Shown one piece after another: positions 20,220 to 32,849 of a stretch of DNA of 64,000 nt. Within the stretch, counting starts at the first letter, position 1. Each line of letters starts with the position of its first letter. The notes under the pieces are model-generated. The model saw only the letters and a list, made by a program, of their open reading frames with translations, made no database searches and was not told where the DNA came from. This stretch comes from Gammaproteobacteria bacterium (GTDB lineage Bacteria; Pseudomonadota; Gammaproteobacteria; JAPPPA01): positions 256,487 to 320,486 of the forward strand of contig JAUHZK010000002.1 of the NCBI GenBank assembly GCA_030425645.1. Reading direction: 5' to 3'. The translations under genes and the position numbers were made by a program.

Positions 20220-21477
20220 TGTACTTTTGCGTCGTTAAGCCTTCTAGGCCAACCGGGCCCCGCGCGTGCAGCTTATCGGTACTAATACCAATTTCGGCAC
20301 CTAAACCGTACTCAAACCCATCGGCAAAACGCGTTGAGGCATTTACCATCACCGAGCTTGAATCGACTTCGCGCATGAAGCGCATGGCACGACCATAATC
20401 CTCAGTAACAATACTTTCGGTATGGCCAGAGCTGTATTCAGCAATATGCTGCATTGCATGTTCAATATCGTCGACCACACGGATCGAAAGCACCGGCGCT
20501 AAATATTCGGTGGCCCAATCTTCTTCAGTCGCAATCGCCATATCAACGATCGCGCGAGTGCGCTCACAACCTTTTAGCTCAACGCCTTCGGCCTGATATT
20601 TGGCGGCCAACTCAGGCAGCACTGCTGCTGCCACATGTTGGTTTACCAACAAGGTTTCCATGGCGTTACAAACGCCATAACGATGGGTTTTGGCATTAAA
20701 GGCAATGCGCTCGGCCATCTCAAGATCGGCCTTGTCATCAATATAAACATGACAGATACCATCAAGGTGCTTGATCACCGGCACGGTCGCGTCGCGGCTA
20801 ATGCGCTCAATCAGGCCCTTACCACCGCGTGGCACGATGACGTCCACGTACTCAGGCATAGAAATCATGCGGCCAACGGCGGCGCGATCTGTAGTTTCCA
20901 CCACTTGCACCGCAGCCGCAGGCAAACCAGCCGCTTCTAAACCTGCCCGTATACAACGTGCCACGGCTTGGTTGGAATGAATCGCCTCAGAACCACCCCG
21001 CAAAATAGTGGCATTGCCCGATTTTAGGCATAGGCCAGCGGCATCGGCCGTCACGTTCGGGCGGCTTTCATAAATGATGCCGATCACGCCGAGCGGTACG
21101 CGCATCTTGCCAACTTTAATACCTGAAGGCCGTGCCGCTAAGTCGGCGATTTCACCAACGGGGTCTTGTAGGCCGGCAATCTGGCGTAAGCCTTCAGCCA
21201 TGCCGTCGATGGTGCCATCCGTTAGCGCCAAACGATCCAATAAGGCCGCATCTAAACCATTGGCTTTACCGGCTTCAATATCTTTAGCGTTTTCTGCTTT
21301 CAGCAATTCACGCGTATCTAACAAGGCATCGGCAATCGCATTCAGCGCGGCATTCTTTTGCCCGGTGCTAGCGGCTGCTAACACGCGTGCGGCGGCACGA
21401 GCTTGCTCGCCGAGCTGCTGCATATAGGCATCAACATTCATATTGCTGTTAGATTCATTCAAAGAAACAACGGTCAT
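20188..21477 (-). CDS. proA: Gamma-glutamyl phosphate reductase.
   Basis: The 429-aa product is an aldehyde-dehydrogenase-fold ProA, and the synteny proA-nadD is Pseudomonas-like. Confidence 0.9.
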   Translation of the reverse strand: MTVVSLNESNSNMNVDAYMQQLGEQARAAARVLAAASTGQKNAALNAIADALLDTRELLKAENAKDIEAGKANGLDAALLDRLALTDGTIDGMAEGLRQIAGLQDPVGEIADLAARPSGIKVGKMRVPLGVIGIIYESRPNVTADAAGLCLKSGNATILRGGSEAIHSNQAVARCIRAGLEAAGLPAAAVQVVETTDRAAVGRMISMPEYVDVIVPRGGKGLIERISRDATVPVIKHLDGICHVYIDDKADLEMAERIAFNAKTHRYGVCNAMETLLVNQHVAAAVLPELAAKYQAEGVELKGCERTRAIVDMAIATEEDWATEYLAPVLSIRVVDDIEHAMQHIAEYSSGHTESIVTEDYGRAMRFMREVDSSSVMVNASTRFADGFEYGLGAEIGISTDKLHARGPVGLEGLTTQKYIVFGQGEIRG

Positions 21478-21578
21478 AAAATTCGTTTCACTAAACCACC
21501 CAAGTCACAAAACTCGGGCAGCGCCATCTTTGGCAAGTTAATCAATAGCGCTATTTTAGCGCAGATAGCGCCGAGGAA

Positions 21579-22556
21579 TTAGGCTGCGAGGCGTAAACAA
21601 GCTCTTTCTAGCACCAACCAGGCATCACCTTGCTGTTGGCCTTTGCCGGTGGCGTCAGCTGCGCGCAGCTGCTCAACAGCGCTTTGCCAATGCGCCAAAG
21701 GTGCGCGATTAGCCCAGTTTCGCAGTTGTTTTTCTCTTTGTGGCCAGGTTCTGCGACTCAGCGGGTTGCCGCTAGCCAGCTGGATTACGTCGTGTAGCTC
21801 TTTTTGCAGTACGGCAATAATCGGTACCACATGCAAACCTTCTGACTTCAGACGCAATAACTGCCGCAAAGCGCGTGCGCCCTGCCCAGAAAACACCGCT
21901 TCAGCCAGCCCAAACACATTAAAGCGGGCGCTATCGGCCACCACTTGTTCCACCTGCTCAGCGGAAACCGTTTGCCCGGGAAACAACAAGGCCAGCTTTT
22001 CAATGTCCTGTGCCGCGGCCAGCAAGTTACCTTCTACCCGCTGCGCCAATGCCGCCACCGCGTCGCGGTCAGCATTAAGGCCCCGCGACTGCAACCGCCG
22101 GCTAATCCACTGCGGCAACTTGCTGCGGTCGATTGGCCAGCACTGCACAGAAACACCGGCAGCATCGACCGTTTTATACCATTTAGACTTCCGCGCACTG
22201 CTGTCCAAACCACCACAAACCACTAGCAAACAGGTATCCGGCGGCGGATTATTGGCCCAGGCCACTAGGGCTTTAGCGCCGGCGTCACCGGGCCTGCCGG
22301 TTGGCAGTCGAACCTCAATTAAACGCAGCTCAGCAAACAAAGATAAGTTAGCACCACCCTCTTGCAGGCTCTCCCAACGAAAGCCGGGCTCAACGTGATA
22401 AACCTGACGCTCGGAATACCCTGCCGCACGCGCTGCTGCACGCACCTCATCAAGGCACTCTTCAACTAGCAGTAATTCATCACCGCCAATTAGCCATACA
22501 GGCGCGAGGCCTTGGCGTTGAATATGCTGGGCAATGCCGTCGGGATAAACTTGCAC
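21579..22556 (-). CDS. holA: DNA polymerase III delta subunit.
   Basis: The 325-aa product is in the lptE-holA context downstream of leuS, and the N-terminal pattern is HolA-like. Confidence 0.8.
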   Translation of the reverse strand: MQVYPDGIAQHIQRQGLAPVWLIGGDELLLVEECLDEVRAAARAAGYSERQVYHVEPGFRWESLQEGGANLSLFAELRLIEVRLPTGRPGDAGAKALVAWANNPPPDTCLLVVCGGLDSSARKSKWYKTVDAAGVSVQCWPIDRSKLPQWISRRLQSRGLNADRDAVAALAQRVEGNLLAAAQDIEKLALLFPGQTVSAEQVEQVVADSARFNVFGLAEAVFSGQGARALRQLLRLKSEGLHVVPIIAVLQKELHDVIQLASGNPLSRRTWPQREKQLRNWANRAPLAHWQSAVEQLRAADATGKGQQQGDAWLVLERACLRLAA

Positions 22557-22577
22557 GTAAAGTTAGGCCTGAGCGCG

Positions 22578-23120
22578 CTATGGGGCCGTTAGTTGACCCA
22601 CCGCAGAACGGGTGATTTGGTTAGCCAAATACTGCGCCATTTCGTCATACAGACTTTCCGCTTCACGCTCAACGGCGAGTACCGCATCAGGATTGAATAC
22701 CTGTGCGCGTCGCGACTCTACTTCTTTAGAGTCACCCACGGAGAACGGCGTTTGATGTTCAGATTCAGCAACTTCGGTTTGGTCGCGTCGGGCATCAATG
22801 CGGTAGCGAACATGGTAGATCAACTCATACTCAGCTGGCTCGTTACCATTACCCACGGCTAGCAGGCGTCGATCGCGCTTCTCGCTTAGCAACACGAAGA
22901 CCGCGTCTGCCAGCGTTTCATCACTAACCAACACCAAACTTTGCTGGCTTAAGTTGTCTTTAAGATAAGCGTAAACCGGACTACTTGGGGTATCCGTCGT
23001 GACCAGCACGCGTTTCACGCTATCAGGCCACGCAACGCAGGGATTGCAGAGGCGATAACCGCAGCTCGTCAGCGAAACCACCAACAACAGCAAACTGAAT
23101 TTGATCGCCTTATTCATCAC
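22578..23120 (-). CDS. lptE: LPS-assembly lipoprotein LptE.
   Basis: It has a lipoprotein signal peptide with a lipobox (LTSC) and sits in the leuS-lptE-holA context. Confidence 0.75.
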   Translation of the reverse strand: MMNKAIKFSLLLLVVSLTSCGYRLCNPCVAWPDSVKRVLVTTDTPSSPVYAYLKDNLSQQSLVLVSDETLADAVFVLLSEKRDRRLLAVGNGNEPAEYELIYHVRYRIDARRDQTEVAESEHQTPFSVGDSKEVESRRAQVFNPDAVLAVEREAESLYDEMAQYLANQITRSAVGQLTAP

Positions 23121-23146
23121 TTTATTTCCTTGCCCGAAGTCACTAT

Positions 23147-25564
23147 TTAAGCGACAACGATGTTAACCAGCTTACCCGGCACCACAATAACCTTGCGTAC
23201 GGTTTTATCTTGCGTCCATTTTTGCACGGTTTCATCCGCCAAAGCCAAGGCTTCCACCTCATCTTTGCTGGCGCTAGCCGCTACCGCAATACGGGCACGC
23301 AGCTTGCCATTAACTTGAACCACTAGCTCCAGCTCGTCTTTCACTAGGGCAGACTCGTCGAATACTGGCCAACCGGCATTCATTACATCGCCTTCATGAC
23401 CTAACTGCTGCCACAGTTCCGCGGCAATATGCGGCACGATTGGTGCCAAGCATTGAACGATCGCGTCTAGCGCTTCTTGGCGTACAGCCTTTCCTTGCTC
23501 GCTGCTATCGTCAAACTTCGCCACGGCGTTACTTAGCTTCATCATCGCTGCAATCGCGGTGTTGAATTTATAGCGTTGCTGGTAATCGCTGCTGGCTTGT
23601 TTGATAGCGGTATGCGTTTCTAAACGTAGCGCTTTTTGATCGCCGTTTAGGCTGGCAACATCCAATGCCACTGCGGCATCGGCAGCGGCGTGGCCTTCTA
23701 CCTGTGTCCATAAACGTTTAAGGAAACGGCTCGCACCATCTACACCTTGGTCATTCCATTCCAAGCTTTGCTCTGGCGGCGCCGTAAATAGAATAAATAA
23801 GCGCACGGTGTCGGCACCGTATTGCTCAATCATCTGCTGCGGGTCAACCGTGTTGCCCTTCGACTTCGACATCTTGGCGCCGTCTTTTAGCACCATGCCT
23901 TGGGTTAGTAGGTTCTTAAACGGCTCATCGCTCGTTACCAAGCCCATATCGCGCAATAACTTATGGAAGAAGCGCGCATATAGCAGGTGCAAAATAGCGT
24001 GTTCAATACCACCGATATATTGGTCTACCGGCAACCAGTAATTGGCACGGTCATCGAGCATGGCGTCTTTGTTATCGGCCGAGCAGTAACGCGCGTAATA
24101 CCAGCTCGATTCCATAAAGGTATCGAAGGTGTCTGTCTCACGGAAACCATCCGCCAGCTCAGAAAATTCGGGCATTTTCTTAATCGGCGAGCTAACACCG
24201 TCTAACTCAACATCCTCTGGTAGCTGCACCGGGAATTCGGTCGCTGGGCGTTCGTTACCTTCAGCATCGTATTCCATCGGAATCGGGCAACCCCAATAAC
24301 GTTGGCGCGACACCCCCCAGTCACGCAAGCGGTAATTCACTTGGCGTTGACCTAGGTTTTTCGCTTCCATCCAGTCGGCAATCGCATTAAAGGCATCAGC
24401 CGAGCTTAAGCCGGTAAATTCACCGGAATCTACCAACACACCTTTGTCGGTATAAGCCGCCTCGCTAATATCGGCATCACCCTCGGCGTTGTTAATCACC
24501 TGCTTAATGGCAATGCCGTATTTGCTAGCAAATTCGTAATCGCGTTGATCATGCCCCGGTACGGCCATTACGGCACCGGTGCCGTAGCTCATCAGGACGA
24601 AGTTGGCGGTCCACACCGGTACAAGCTCGCCGGTAACAGGGTGCTTGGCTTTTAGGCCGGTATCCATGCCACGTTTTTCCATGGTTTCGAGGGTTTCCTC
24701 GTTCACCGCGGTTTGTTTGCACTCGGCAATAAAGGCCGCCAGCTCAGCATTGTTCTCAGCGGCTTGTAGCGCTAAAGGATGCTCTGCTGCCACGGCGACA
24801 TAGGTCACACCCATTAATGTGTCTGGGCGCGTGGTGTAAATCTCTAACGCGGTACCGTCCACGTCAAATTGCATTTGCAAACCTTCAGAGCGACCAATCC
24901 AGTTGCGCTGCATGGCTTTTACGCGTTCTGGCCAGCCGTCTAGCTCGTCTAGGTCGTTTAACAGCTCTTCGGCGTAGTCGGTAATTTTAATAAACCACTG
25001 CGCCAATTCTTTGCGCTCTACCTGCGTATCGCAACGCCAGCAGCAGCCGTCTTCAACCTGCTCATTCGCCAATACCGTTTGATCCGTTGGGCACCAATTA
25101 ACGGTGGCTTCTTTTTTATAGACCAAGCCTTTTTTATAAAGCTCGGTAAAGAACCACTGTTCCCAGCGGTAATAATCTGGATCACAGGTCGCCAGCTCGC
25201 GATCCCAGTCATAACCTAAGCCCAGTTTTTTCAATTGGGCTTTCATATAAGCAATGTTTTCGCGGGTCCATTTGGCCGGCGGTACGTTGTGCTTAATCGC
25301 AGCGTTTTCTGCGGGCAAACCAAAGGCATCCCAACCCATTGGCTGCAATACGTTTTTGCCTTGCATACGCTGATAACGGCTAATGGCGTCACCAATGGTG
25401 TAGTTACGCACATGGCCCATATGCAAACGCCCGCTGGGGTACGGGAACATGCTTAGGCAGTAAAACTTTTCTTTGCTGTCGTCTTCAATGGCTTTGAAGG
25501 CGCCGGTGGTTTCCCACTGCTGTTGATACTTAGCTTCGAGGGACTGGGGATCGTATTGGGTCGA
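23147..25564 (-). CDS. leuS: Leucyl-tRNA synthetase.
   Basis: Class I HMGH motif ([19 protein letters not shown]) and KMSKS. The start was taken at MSTQYDP by alignment to the E. coli LeuS N-terminus. Confidence 0.95.
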   Translation of the reverse strand, partial: STQYDPQSLEAKYQQQWETTGAFKAIEDDSKEKFYCLSMFPYPSGRLHMGHVRNYTIGDAISRYQRMQGKNVLQPMGWDAFGLPAENAAIKHNVPPAKWTRENIAYMKAQLKKLGLGYDWDRELATCDPDYYRWEQWFFTELYKKGLVYKKEATVNWCPTDQTVLANEQVEDGCCWRCDTQVERKELAQWFIKITDYAEELLNDLDELDGWPERVKAMQRNWIGRSEGLQMQFDVDGTALEIYTTRPDTLMGVTYVAVAAEHPLALQAAENNAELAAFIAECKQTAVNEETLETMEKRGMDTGLKAKHPVTGELVPVWTANFVLMSYGTGAVMAVPGHDQRDYEFASKYGIAIKQVINNAEGDADISEAAYTDKGVLVDSGEFTGLSSADAFNAIADWMEAKNLGQRQVNYRLRDWGVSRQRYWGCPIPMEYDAEGNERPATEFPVQLPEDVELDGVSSPIKKMPEFSELADGFRETDTFDTFMESSWYYARYCSADNKDAMLDDRANYWLPVDQYIGGIEHAILHLLYARFFHKLLRDMGLVTSDEPFKNLLTQGMVLKDGAKMSKSKGNTVDPQQMIEQYGADTVRLFILFTAPPEQSLEWNDQGVDGASRFLKRLWTQVEGHAAADAAVALDVASLNGDQKALRLETHTAIKQASSDYQQRYKFNTAIAAMMKLSNAVAKFDDSSEQGKAVRQEALDAIVQCLAPIVPHIAAELWQQLGHEGDVMNAGWPVFDESALVKDELELVVQVNGKLRARIAVAASASKDEVEALALADETVQKWTQDKTVRKVIVVPGKLVNIVVA

Positions 25565-25695
25565 CATTATTTGGATGACTAGCGCCGCCAAAACGGCACA
25601 AAAAAGACAAAAATGGAATTGCTGTATAGGATACAGCAGCAGAGGATTTCAAATCAGCAAAAGCGACTTATCGCGCGGCAAATAACGCATAAAAA

Positions 25696-26541
25696 ATGAA
25701 AAAAATCGCCCTAAAGACTCACGACAACCATGAATTTGAGCTGCAAGCCTTTGCCGCCGCCAATAGCGAGGCACCGGTTTTTCTTATCTGCCCCGCCATG
25801 GCGGTTAAAGCCAGCTATTACGCGCCATTTGCTGAAGCCCTGCAAGCGGCAGGTTTTAATGCCGTTTTAATGGAATTACGCGGCCTTGGCAGCAGCAATA
25901 AACAGCCTCATAAAGGCAACAACTTTAGCTACCACCATTTAGTCGATATTGATTGGGATTTGGCGGTTAACACCATCCGTGAGGCGCACCCAAAGTCCAA
26001 AATTGTTTTGTTAGGCAATAGCTTAGGCGGCCAAATGAGTGCGTTGTATACAGCCGCCAACCCCAACAAAGTAGACGCACTGATCCTGATTGCCTCGTGC
26101 TCGGTTTATTACAAAGCCTATAAAAATAAAATCGGCACCCTGCTAGGCACCCACACACTGGCTGCTGCCGCCGCTCTATTCGGCTACGCACCGGGTGACA
26201 AACTCGGTTTCGCAGGCAAAGAAGCGAAAAGCGTCATTTACGACTGGGCTTATAACGCCCGCACTGGTAAATATCGTGCAAGCGGCTCTAGCAATGATTT
26301 CGAAGCCCTACTGCCCCAAGTGAAAAAACCGGTACTGGCGATCTCATTAGCTAAAGACCAGCTAGCACCCAAATCGGCAGTAGAAGCCTTGCTAGCCAAA
26401 CTACCCAGCTGTGATATCGAACACCAGCATCTATCGGCGCAGGACCTGGGCTTAGAAAAGGTCAGCCACTACAGTTGGGCTAAACAGCCCGCGCCATTTG
26501 TACCTCGTATTCAAAGCTGGTTGGACAAAGCTGTTAGCTAG
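25696..26541 (+). CDS. Alpha/beta-hydrolase.
   Basis: Nucleophile elbow GNSLGG in a hydrolase-fold layout. Confidence 0.7.
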   Translation: MKKIALKTHDNHEFELQAFAAANSEAPVFLICPAMAVKASYYAPFAEALQAAGFNAVLMELRGLGSSNKQPHKGNNFSYHHLVDIDWDLAVNTIREAHPKSKIVLLGNSLGGQMSALYTAANPNKVDALILIASCSVYYKAYKNKIGTLLGTHTLAAAAALFGYAPGDKLGFAGKEAKSVIYDWAYNARTGKYRASGSSNDFEALLPQVKKPVLAISLAKDQLAPKSAVEALLAKLPSCDIEHQHLSAQDLGLEKVSHYSWAKQPAPFVPRIQSWLDKAVS

Positions 26542-27040
26542 CTTTTTCGATGCAGGCGCTATGCGCGCGGCTATTGTGAAATTTACCCGGGCCAATTTGC
26601 GGCGTTACATCATGTGGGTCAATCGGTTCGCCGCATTCTGAGCACACGACCATAGGACTGTAGTGATGGCCGCAAGGGTTGTGTTTGTAGAGCATGGGCA
26701 CGCCTTTGCCATCGTCCATCCATTTGTCGCCCCATTTGGCCATGCTGATTAGAATCGGGTATAACTCTAGGCCTTTTTCGGTGAGTCGGTATTCATAGCG
26801 GTTGGCTTGGTAGGCTTCTTTTTTAAGCACACCGTAGTCGACTAACTTTTTCAGGCGCTCAGATAGGCGGTGGCGGCTCATGCCTAGATTCTTCTGGAAG
26901 TCATCAAAGCGGCGCACTCGTAGGAAGGCGTCGCGGATAATCAGCATGGTCCAGCGATCCCCTACCACGGCTAGCGTGCGGGAGACTGAGCAGACTTCGT
27001 TTTCTATTTCGTCCCATTTCATGGGTATTGCCTCGCACAA
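26534..27040 (-). CDS. HxlR-family winged-helix transcriptional regulator.
   Basis: HxlR-type HTH (CSVSRTLAVVGDRWTMLIIRDAF). It is divergent from fadH. Confidence 0.75.
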   Translation of the reverse strand: MCEAIPMKWDEIENEVCSVSRTLAVVGDRWTMLIIRDAFLRVRRFDDFQKNLGMSRHRLSERLKKLVDYGVLKKEAYQANRYEYRLTEKGLELYPILISMAKWGDKWMDDGKGVPMLYKHNPCGHHYSPMVVCSECGEPIDPHDVTPQIGPGKFHNSRAHSACIEKAS

Positions 27041-27043
27041 AAT

Positions 27044-27129
27044 GTCCGCCCTTCGACAGGCTCAGGACTAACGGTGTATTGCTCTCACCGCCGTGTGAAG
27101 TTCATCCTGAGCTCGTTGAAGGACATTCG
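27044..27129. repeat. REP-like palindromic element, family copy A: left arm CCGCCCTTCGACAGGCTCAGGAC, right arm TCCTGAGCTCGTTGAAGGAC.
   Basis: Read directly. The arms are reverse complements, and homologous copies lie at 61479-61540, 63483-63566 and, as a partial copy, 30997-31016. Confidence 0.6.
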
Positions 27130-27145
27130 ATTGATTGCATCATAG

Positions 27146-29251
<2,106 letters not shown>

Positions 29252-29402
29252 ATCGTATACAGCCAACGACCGGGCGGCGCTGTGTTACTCTACGCGCCGC
29301 CCCAGTGGGGCAACTTGGCACTGCGGCTGAGAAACCATTAACCGTAGTGACGTTGCAGGACGGTTCCTGCCAAAGCTGAAAAGCCTCACAACGGATAATA
29401 GA

Positions 29403-30701
29403 TTGAGTACTCCAGACCATTTAACGGATACGCTTTTTGCGGATCTAGACCTCGCCCCTACCCTGCATAGCGCCCTTGCCGACGCCGGTTTTAAAAACTG
29501 CACCCCTATTCAAGCGGAATCGATTCCCAAGTTTTTGGAAGGCAAAGACGTTGCTGGCCAAGCCCAAACGGGTACCGGCAAAACCATCGCCTTTTTACTC
29601 TGCACGCTAAACAAGCTGCTACGGGATGAGCCGATGCAAGGCCGCACTAGCCGCGATACCCGCGCACTCATTTTGGCGCCAACTCGCGAGCTAGCGATTC
29701 AAATTGAGAAAGACGCGATCCCGCTGATTGCCGGCACCGACATCAAACTCGGCCTTGCTTATGGCGGCACCGACTGGGAAAAACAGAAAGAAAAAATTGA
29801 GGGTGGTGTCGATATTCTGGTCGGTACGCCCGGCCGCATTATCGACTACTTCAAGCAAGGCGTATTTACGCTGAAGAAATGTGAAGTAGTGGTATTGGAC
29901 GAAGCCGATCGCATGTTCGACCTTGGCTTTATTTCCGACTTGCGCTACTTATTACGCCGCTGCCCTTCTACAGAACATCGCCGTAACCTACTGTTTTCGG
30001 CGACATTATCCGCCAAGGTTTTGGAACTCGCCTACGAGCATATGGGCGACCCAGTATCAGTAAAAATTGAAGCCGACACCATGACCGCCGACAAAGTGCG
30101 TCAGGTGATGTACTACCCCGGCAACCACGAAAAGATTCCGTTGCTAATCGGTCTACTGCAAAAAATGCAGCCCGAACGCACCATGATCTTTATCAACACC
30201 AAATACGAAGCCGAAAATGTTTGGCGTTGGCTCAAAGGCAATGACTTCTCGGTCGAAGTCATCAGTGGCGATGTACGCCAGAAAAAACGCGAGCGTTTAT
30301 TACAGCAGTTTAAAAACGGCGAGTTGGATATTGTCATCGCCACCGACGTAGCCGCGCGTGGGCTACATATCCCTGGCGTAACCCATGTCTTCAACTACGA
30401 CCTGCCGGACGACAAGGAAGATTACGTACACCGTATTGGCCGTACCGCACGCGCCGGTACCGAAGGCGACGCCATTAGCTTTGCTTGCGAAACCTACGCC
30501 TTCAACCTAGGAGATATCGAAGACTATATCGGCCACAAGATTCCGCTAGAGTCGGTCGACCCAGACTTATTAGTCGAGCCAAAGCCGAAAGCGCCTCGCC
30601 CTGAACGTAAAGGACCACCACCTGGCAGTGGCAACCGCAACAGGGGCGGCGGTCGCGGTGGCAATCGCGGCAACTCAGGCGGCGGACGCCGTCGCCGCTA
30701 A
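29403..30701 (+). CDS. rhlB: DEAD-box ATP-dependent RNA helicase RhlB.
   Basis: Q-motif and motif I (CTPIQ...AGQAQTGTGKT), DEAD and SAT are present. The N-terminus aligns closely to E. coli RhlB, and there is a C-terminal RGG-rich tail. Confidence 0.85.
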   Translation: MSTPDHLTDTLFADLDLAPTLHSALADAGFKNCTPIQAESIPKFLEGKDVAGQAQTGTGKTIAFLLCTLNKLLRDEPMQGRTSRDTRALILAPTRELAIQIEKDAIPLIAGTDIKLGLAYGGTDWEKQKEKIEGGVDILVGTPGRIIDYFKQGVFTLKKCEVVVLDEADRMFDLGFISDLRYLLRRCPSTEHRRNLLFSATLSAKVLELAYEHMGDPVSVKIEADTMTADKVRQVMYYPGNHEKIPLLIGLLQKMQPERTMIFINTKYEAENVWRWLKGNDFSVEVISGDVRQKKRERLLQQFKNGELDIVIATDVAARGLHIPGVTHVFNYDLPDDKEDYVHRIGRTARAGTEGDAISFACETYAFNLGDIEDYIGHKIPLESVDPDLLVEPKPKAPRPERKGPPPGSGNRNRGGGRGGNRGNSGGGRRRR

Positions 30702-30724
30702 AATAAAGCACAAAAAAAGGCCCC

Positions 30725-31063
30725 ATCTATTGCAAGGCGTTTGGTGGCGGTTTCGGCCTTTGCAGCATTACCCGTTTGCGGTAAGCGCCCAGTGCGGGCC
30801 GAGCCTATTTTGAGGCATCAAAATAGGCGAAAAATGCTTTACCCGCCGTGCGACCGCTGCGCGGTTCCTTGCGGTGCTCACTAAATCAAGCGCCTGCGGA
30901 ACTCGCTACGCTCAAACAGGCCGCAGGCTCGATCTTGATTTAGCTCCGCTCCTCAGTCGCACAAAGGGCGAAATACTGCTAACCAACTTCCCGCTCGCCC
31001 TGAGCTTGTCGAAGGGTAGCCGAGAAAGTCTTCAACACCCTTGGTAAACGCCTTGCATCTATT
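30725..31063. mobile_element. Putative non-autonomous MITE of 325 bp. It has 11-bp perfect terminal inverted repeats GCAAGGCGTTT / AAACGCCTTGC and is flanked by a 7-bp direct repeat ATCTATT.
   Basis: The TIRs are at 30732-30742 and 31046-31056. The direct repeats are at 30725-30731 and 31057-31063. Removing the element reconstitutes a bidirectional terminator (AAAAAAAGGCCCC-atctatt-GGGGCATTTTTT) about 10 bp from both convergent stop codons. Confidence 0.5.
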
Positions 31064-31085
31064 GGGGCATTTTTTGTGTTCGCCT

Positions 31086-32678
31086 TTAATTCTGCGCCGC
31101 GTCTATAAATAAACTGTGTTCGCAATTTGCGGGCGCGTTGGCCGGGTTACACAAGGCGCTGGGGTCATCAACGGTTGCGCTGCCCTTGCCGTCAATCGTC
31201 GCCGCATAGGCAAGAAACCGTGCGTAGCTCTCGTTATTGGGGCAGTCATTCACTTCGTCATCAGGATACGGATTGGCTGGATGCTCGGTACTCACCATAT
31301 GCGCACCCGAGGCTAACGCGTCTGCCAAACGGGTTTCATAGCTGGCTACCTCTGGGTCGTAATCAAATAGGCAGACCGGCGTGTAGTCTGGGCACTGATT
31401 GGGATCAAACGCACATTGCTCGGCGTTATTACTCGGCGGGCTGTCTGAACGCGTCCGAATCAAGACCCCGGTTTGGGCCGCATCTGCCACCGAGTTACCT
31501 TCACCAAAGCAATCGCCATTCGGGTTATCACAGCGCGAAATAGCGGCATTGGGACCACTGTCGTTCTCTAGAAAAGCCACCCAGTTCTGCACTGGATTAC
31601 CACCCGCAGTGGAGTCACAATCGTCGTCGTTTTGCTCGCGGTAATCGCGCCCGTGCGTGCTGCAATCATTGCTAGCCATCACAAACACCAGCGCTTTACC
31701 GCGGGCCTCATCAATATGCGGCCAACCACCGCAGGTGGTATCAAAACGCACCGCCTCAGCTAAGCTATCGCAGCTGCCTAGCACCTGCGCCGGCGTAATC
31801 AGCTGGTCTTCCTCGCCTTCAGCCGGCTCCGGAAAGACAGCACGGATATCGTTATCAAAATCCCGCCAATGCCCCACTAAAGAACCCTCGTTTGGATCTT
31901 CGGGGAACGAATCCTTCGGCTCAATCATAATCATTGCCGGCAGCGAATTAGGGTTCGCATCTAGGCCGGCTTTAATCATTTCTAAACAACCCATTGTTAG
32001 TGAGCTCGGGTCGGCACCAAAGCGATCACACATGCTGACGGGATCTAAAGCGCTAACGTGATACACCTGCATGTACTGTAGCGGCGACCAATGAATATCA
32101 AGCTCAAAGGAACGCACTCGGTGCTCAAGTAACTGCTTATCTAATGAATCGTGGGAGTAGTTCCAATCGGCCACCAGGCCTGCCAACAAACCCTTCTCGT
32201 GATAACTATTGTGAGTACCCATGGCGACGTACTGGTTAATACGAGGTAATACCGACAATGTAAAGGTCGCAGTCGCGGCCAATTCGCCGTCTGACACGGT
32301 CACCGTGATATCGGTATCCCCCACCGCCCCAAAGTCACCGACGCTAGCCGGCTGTTCGATGCTGGCGGTCCAGATGCCATCGTTCTCTGTAATAACAATT
32401 GCACTATTAGGCACAATGCTTGGATCGCTAGAAACAGCAGAAACCTGCAAATCTGTCGCCGCAGTTTCCTCATCATTCAAAGCCAAACTAAACGGCCCCA
32501 AGCGACCCCTAGTGCCCATTTTTTGATCAGGAATCTCAACGACACTAGGCGCGGTATTGCTGCCCGTAGGCGGTGGCTCACCAGTGCCTGTGCCACCCGA
32601 AGAGTCCACACTACCGGCTCCACCACAAGCCACCAATAGACCCGCCGCTAAAGCGGCTAGCCACTGCTGATAAACCAT
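31086..32678 (-). CDS. Secreted lipoprotein with a PI-PLC X-domain-like phosphodiesterase fold.
   Basis: It has a lipoprotein signal (LLVACGG). Motifs resembling the eukaryotic PLC X-box catalytic histidine regions are present (GTHNSYH; FELDIHW). The C-terminal half is Cys- and Asp-rich. Confidence 0.6.
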   Translation of the reverse strand: MVYQQWLAALAAGLLVACGGAGSVDSSGGTGTGEPPPTGSNTAPSVVEIPDQKMGTRGRLGPFSLALNDEETAATDLQVSAVSSDPSIVPNSAIVITENDGIWTASIEQPASVGDFGAVGDTDITVTVSDGELAATATFTLSVLPRINQYVAMGTHNSYHEKGLLAGLVADWNYSHDSLDKQLLEHRVRSFELDIHWSPLQYMQVYHVSALDPVSMCDRFGADPSSLTMGCLEMIKAGLDANPNSLPAMIMIEPKDSFPEDPNEGSLVGHWRDFDNDIRAVFPEPAEGEEDQLITPAQVLGSCDSLAEAVRFDTTCGGWPHIDEARGKALVFVMASNDCSTHGRDYREQNDDDCDSTAGGNPVQNWVAFLENDSGPNAAISRCDNPNGDCFGEGNSVADAAQTGVLIRTRSDSPPSNNAEQCAFDPNQCPDYTPVCLFDYDPEVASYETRLADALASGAHMVSTEHPANPYPDDEVNDCPNNESYARFLAYAATIDGKGSATVDDPSALCNPANAPANCEHSLFIDAAQN

Positions 32679-32849
32679 CCCTAAGCTCCTGCCATTTTTA
32701 ATAATCGTATTAGTTAGCGGGATAGCTTACCGGAAAAAGGGCTTACTGGAATCCGCAGGCTGGCTTAACTTTTTGCTCAACAATAGAACCAAGCGGCGAC
32801 CGCATAGGCTTAGTACCGTACCGACCTTGGCACTGCCAGAAATCACCAG

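Noticed and set aside
21643-22398. A 251-aa plus-strand ORF and other long antisense ORFs (e.g. 27793-28518, 1393-1746, 16947-17642, 12647-13015) lie inside well-supported genes.
   Set aside because: They fall entirely within strongly supported genes on the opposite strand (holA, fadH, the SDR gene, maf, yhdP). They have low-complexity Ala/Arg/Ser-rich translations typical of GC-rich shadow frames.
25621-25637. The palindrome GCTGTAT-AGG-ATACAGC between leuS and the hydrolase gene.
   Set aside because: It has short 7-bp arms and a single occurrence, so it is not distinguishable from chance. It is noted here only as a possible minor regulatory site.
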